A DNA stretch of 64,000 nucleotides from Schizosaccharomyces osmophilus (Eukaryota). Shown in pieces: positions 60,609 to 64,000 of this stretch. Made by a program: the position numbers and the translations under genes. The notes under the pieces are model-generated. The model did not search any database. It was not told the DNA's origin and was given only the letters and a program-made list of their open reading frames with translations. The DNA lies in contig NC_079239.1 of NCBI RefSeq assembly GCF_027921745.1, positions 620,001 to 684,000 of the forward strand. Reading direction: 5' to 3'. Positions within the stretch are counted from its first letter, which is position 1; the number at the start of each line of letters is the position of its first letter.

Positions 60609-63600
60609 CTATATATACATGTCATGCAAACTGATACCCTCAATAATCCAAAGACGGTCTATTCTGGCTAGAACATCACTAACCTGAAAGGGTAAATCTG
60701 ATAGAGAATTATGATGTAAACGCACATTTCTATAAAAGGTCTCTAATTCTGGTTCCAAAATATCCGGTTTCCTTTTCCATGATTGAACAAAAAGTTCTAT
60801 TAAAGCATTCCACTTCGTAGATTCCTGTTCGACAACGGAGGGCAAATGCAACTTGGTTTTTCTAACTTTGTGAACAATATTATCAATATTTTCGTACCAG
60901 TCAGCCTTACAGTGCTGCTCAATTGAGCTGAAGAGTTTAGACTGTGGACATACCTCTTGACAAAAAGGTGGAGGGTACTCTTGACTTTGTAAAATCCAAC
61001 AAAGCTCTAACAAAAACTCCCGACTTAATTTTCCCAAATAGTTTTGAAGATCTAAGACAAAACGGTTATCAGTCTTTACTAATGCAAATTTTGATACAGC
61101 AGATAGAAGATGATATATTTTACCAGCAATGACAGGATTCGAAGATGAGTACAATAAGGCAAAATTCTCCAACGCAGAAATAGATGTATAAACCTCTTCA
61201 CAAATCTTTATCTGATGTTCTTCGTTAAGATATACGTACTGAAAGCTGCTATAAACTTGAGTTAGACAGTCAAGCAGCAAAGAAGAATAGAATGATGCCA
61301 CTAAAGACTTGACGCTTAAGTAATTCAACAAAAGGTCTTTTAGGCAAAATTTTCGTAATGTAGAGACTTCAACATCCCAATGGTCGTTGGCATCTAGACT
61401 GTAACTTCCCATAGCAAGAGTTAAGAGATTCATTATATCTTTCTGCTTTTGCTCTAATAGGGCAACATCGAAGTTTGCCTTTAAAAAACTGAATAAGGCG
61501 CTTCGAGAAGAGTTTGAGGCTAAGTTTTTACGGGCATAACTTCGTAGTCGAAAAGCGGCGTATTCTAAACGCTCCGGTGGTTGAGGAAACCTTGCAGAGT
61601 CCATAAAGTAACGGAGTCCTGCCAAATTCCTTTCATTAGCAAAGGGACTACAATATTGAAGAATGTCACCCACAACCCTTTGCGCGGATGAAATGAATAT
61701 GGAATGCTCATCACCTGAATAAACAAGACTTTCATAACTGCTTTGCATGGATGCTAACAATGAGCTTAAATACTGAAGAAAAAGTATTTGATAGTATTGC
61801 TGACTTTCCATGTAGTTGTTTTTTACATCGTCGTAAATCTTTGCCATATTTCCAAGGACAGAAGAAATTAAGCTTAGTTGAACTGACTTGAATTGGCGGT
61901 GGAATGCCTCATGATCGTCTAGTATAATTGGTAGGTTAAATAATAATGGGTTATTATTATCTTTCTCCAAAAGAAGTAAGGTAAATGAGGCAGCGTACGA
62001 ATCATGTAAAGCACCCAGTGATTCAAACCAAACAGTCACGACTTTTTCTCGCTGGTCGACTAAAAACGAAACATTAGTTTCTATAAGAATAGAATAAAAT
62101 TGGCTGCTTAGTGATCGCTTCAGTCGTGTATTGCGGATTCGTTCCCAAGATTCAGAACCAAAATCCACATAGTAACTCCAATCGTTAATTTTAGCTTCAA
62201 CTGCAGAGCTAGCGCAAAGTGCCATGCATTCCATTAAAGGAATTAATACAGGACGAAATGATTTGTATTCACTTTCATCGCTTCCTACTAATGTAGATAT
62301 AGTCTGATATAGGTAAGGTGAAACATGCTTCCTTAACAGTTTAGCTAGTTCACAAATTCGTTCAAATTTTTCTTGCTCGATCATTAATTCAGTATCATCA
62401 ATGTAGTCATTTTCGAAATAAGCATCTTGACTATCAGCAGAGACGACATTAGTTACTGTTTTATCACGAGGTAATTGACAGGCAGAGTGATAAGTGAGAA
62501 ATTTTTTTAAAAAATAAGTACATTCAAGTATAACCTTTGAGGGCAAACTTGACGAATTCTGAAATATGAATTGACTACAGTGAAACGTCAGCAAACAGTT
62601 TATTCTTCGAATGTATACTGAAGGATTTGGTATTAAAGCTTGAAGCGAGTAAAAGGCCACTAATAGGAAGTCTTCCAATTGGCCTTGGGAATAAGCAATA
62701 AGTTCAATTTCATCGAGACCCTGATCTGAGAATACCAATGATAAGTATTCGTTCAAAGTGACTTCCATTAACGAATCAAGCCAGTTCATACAGGCATCCA
62801 ATTGAGCGTCCGATCCATACAGTAGTATATATCGCATCAAATATTGCCAAGCCTTTAAACTAATTAATCGCGCTTTGAGATGCGAGCCTTCAAATATGAC
62901 ATTGTCTCGTATTCCATTTACGTTTGGTTTGCAGTTCTCTGGAGCAACCCAAAACAATGATATTAATAGAGTATGTGTATGTTCGAGAGACATATAGTCT
63001 TTCATTGAGAAAGGAATCTCTCTTCTATACTGTCGGGCATGAAGTGGTTGAAGTCTTGAAACGATTCGACGTATTATCGAAGTGTTTTTAGAATCGCATT
63101 TTAGCCTTTGAATTGAAATAATCACTGTTTTGAGAAAAATGACAAAACACGTATCAAGCGCACTTATGTGCAAATCGGGAGACCTGTCCAGTGATTTTAT
63201 AAAATCTGGAAATTCTGAAGCAACATCTTCGGATGACTCATAAGAAAGATCAATAAATTTACGATGACTGAAGAAGTCAAAGATAGCAGTTAAAACGGAT
63301 GCTACTTCTGACCAAAACCATTCAGATATCAAAAGATTAATTCTTAACAATAAAACTCGTAAATAACGTTCTGTGACTTTAGGATCGATGCCCTTCTTTT
63401 GTCTTTCAAAGGTACTTCGGCACGTTTTGAGAACGAGAGGCCAATAACTATGACTGGTAGGGCTTCCGGCGACACCGAGGTCATTAAACTGAAACACTGG
63501 AGATACTGTGATTATAATGTACCATATCTTTTCCATCTCTAAAATTGATAACTCAGGGCCATCCAAACTCAAATAATTATCGACCTGCTCCCATAAACTT

Positions 63601-64000
63601 CCGTATTTTCCAGTACTAAGAATCAGAAGTTTATTCAAAATGATCCATGTCTCCAAAGAAATCACTGAGAAGGGGTTTGTTGGTTCAGTCGAAGATCTAA
63701 GACAACGGTAGCATTCTAACAAATCAGTCTGTCCATAACTCAGCAGCTTACTTATCAACTCTCTTGCCAAACGTATGGAATTTCTAGACGAAGAGCTAAT
63801 AATCTCGTATTGTGCACAGTAAAGAAACTGAAACGTTAAAAAAAGAATGTTCAGTTTAAAGAAAAACTGACTCTCTTTTAAAGAAATAGTTGACATGCAT
63901 CGATCAAAAAACTTAGTAAACATTTCCAGAAAAGAGGAACTTTGGCTGGCAATGTTTGTTTGATCAGACAGTTGCAGATTGAGCAAATAACCAGAGCAAA
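60609..64000 (-). CDS. mus7: DNA repair protein Mus7/Mms22 (5'-partial; frame stays open off the window end)
   Basis: More than 1125 aa of helical protein (LETWII, EKIWY, FDFFSHRK, RLQPLHARQY, SQDAYF, GSESW). Syntenic position. Confidence 0.8.
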   Translation of the reverse strand, partial: CSGYLLNLQLSDQTNIASQSSSFLEMFTKFFDRCMSTISLKESQFFFKLNILFLTFQFLYCAQYEIISSSSRNSIRLARELISKLLSYGQTDLLECYRCLRSSTEPTNPFSVISLETWIILNKLLILSTGKYGSLWEQVDNYLSLDGPELSILEMEKIWYIIITVSPVFQFNDLGVAGSPTSHSYWPLVLKTCRSTFERQKKGIDPKVTERYLRVLLLRINLLISEWFWSEVASVLTAIFDFFSHRKFIDLSYESSEDVASEFPDFIKSLDRSPDLHISALDTCFVIFLKTVIISIQRLKCDSKNTSIIRRIVSRLQPLHARQYRREIPFSMKDYMSLEHTHTLLISLFWVAPENCKPNVNGIRDNVIFEGSHLKARLISLKAWQYLMRYILLYGSDAQLDACMNWLDSLMEVTLNEYLSLVFSDQGLDEIELIAYSQGQLEDFLLVAFYSLQALIPNPSVYIRRINCLLTFHCSQFIFQNSSSLPSKVILECTYFLKKFLTYHSACQLPRDKTVTNVVSADSQDAYFENDYIDDTELMIEQEKFERICELAKLLRKHVSPYLYQTISTLVGSDESEYKSFRPVLIPLMECMALCASSAVEAKINDWSYYVDFGSESWERIRNTRLKRSLSSQFYSILIETNVSFLVDQREKVVTVWFESLGALHDSYAASFTLLLLEKDNNNPLLFNLPIILDDHEAFHRQFKSVQLSLISSVLGNMAKIYDDVKNNYMESQQYYQILFLQYLSSLLASMQSSYESLVYSGDEHSIFISSAQRVVGDILQYCSPFANERNLAGLRYFMDSARFPQPPERLEYAAFRLRSYARKNLASNSSRSALFSFLKANFDVALLEQKQKDIMNLLTLAMGSYSLDANDHWDVEVSTLRKFCLKDLLLNYLSVKSLVASFYSSLLLDCLTQVYSSFQYVYLNEEHQIKICEEVYTSISALENFALLYSSSNPVIAGKIYHLLSAVSKFALVKTDNRFVLDLQNYLGKLSREFLLELCWILQSQEYPPPFCQEVCPQSKLFSSIEQHCKADWYENIDNIVHKVRKTKLHLPSVVEQESTKWNALIELFVQSWKRKPDILEPELETFYRNVRLHHNSLSDLPFQVSDVLARIDRLWIIEGISLHDMYI

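Overview
Gene-dense, AT-rich chromosomal DNA from a fission yeast (Schizosaccharomyces). It is probably not S. pombe itself but a relative such as the octosporus/cryophilus/osmophilus group: gene order matches S. pombe while the protein sequences differ from my recollection of the S. pombe ones. Short GT-AG introns with CTAAC/TTAAC/CTAAT branch points are frequent. I can support 32 protein-coding genes, collinear with the S. pombe chromosome I block from SPAC6C3.09 to SPAC6B12.02c as recalled from memory: rpp40 (3' end), trl1, urh2, bur6, wip1, arc5, med20, ilv3, yaf9, gdt2, shg1, dma1, imt3, sec3, mst2, pck1, a DUF4452 gene, kap114, ppa3, Clp1-family CF-IA subunit, zym1, scd2, a DUF2009 gene, a PPR-like orphan, alp21, crf1, gdi1, seh1, nxt2, sck1, ssf1 and mus7 (partial). 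Several of these are missing from or fragmented in the ORF track (rpp40, wip1, arc5, shg1, zym1, nxt2, the DUF4452 gene) and were rebuilt by hand from splice signals. I found no tRNA, rRNA, transposon or CRISPR. The most interesting observations are: a dense uORF cluster directly before crf1/ifh1; a TAATG stop-start uORF on sck1; a tubulin cofactor E whose CAP-Gly motif appears erased; degenerate PPR repeats in the orphan gene; Loz1-type zinc-response elements upstream of the metallothionein gene; and structured introns and UTRs. All gene names come from motif recognition plus remembered synteny, not from a database search.
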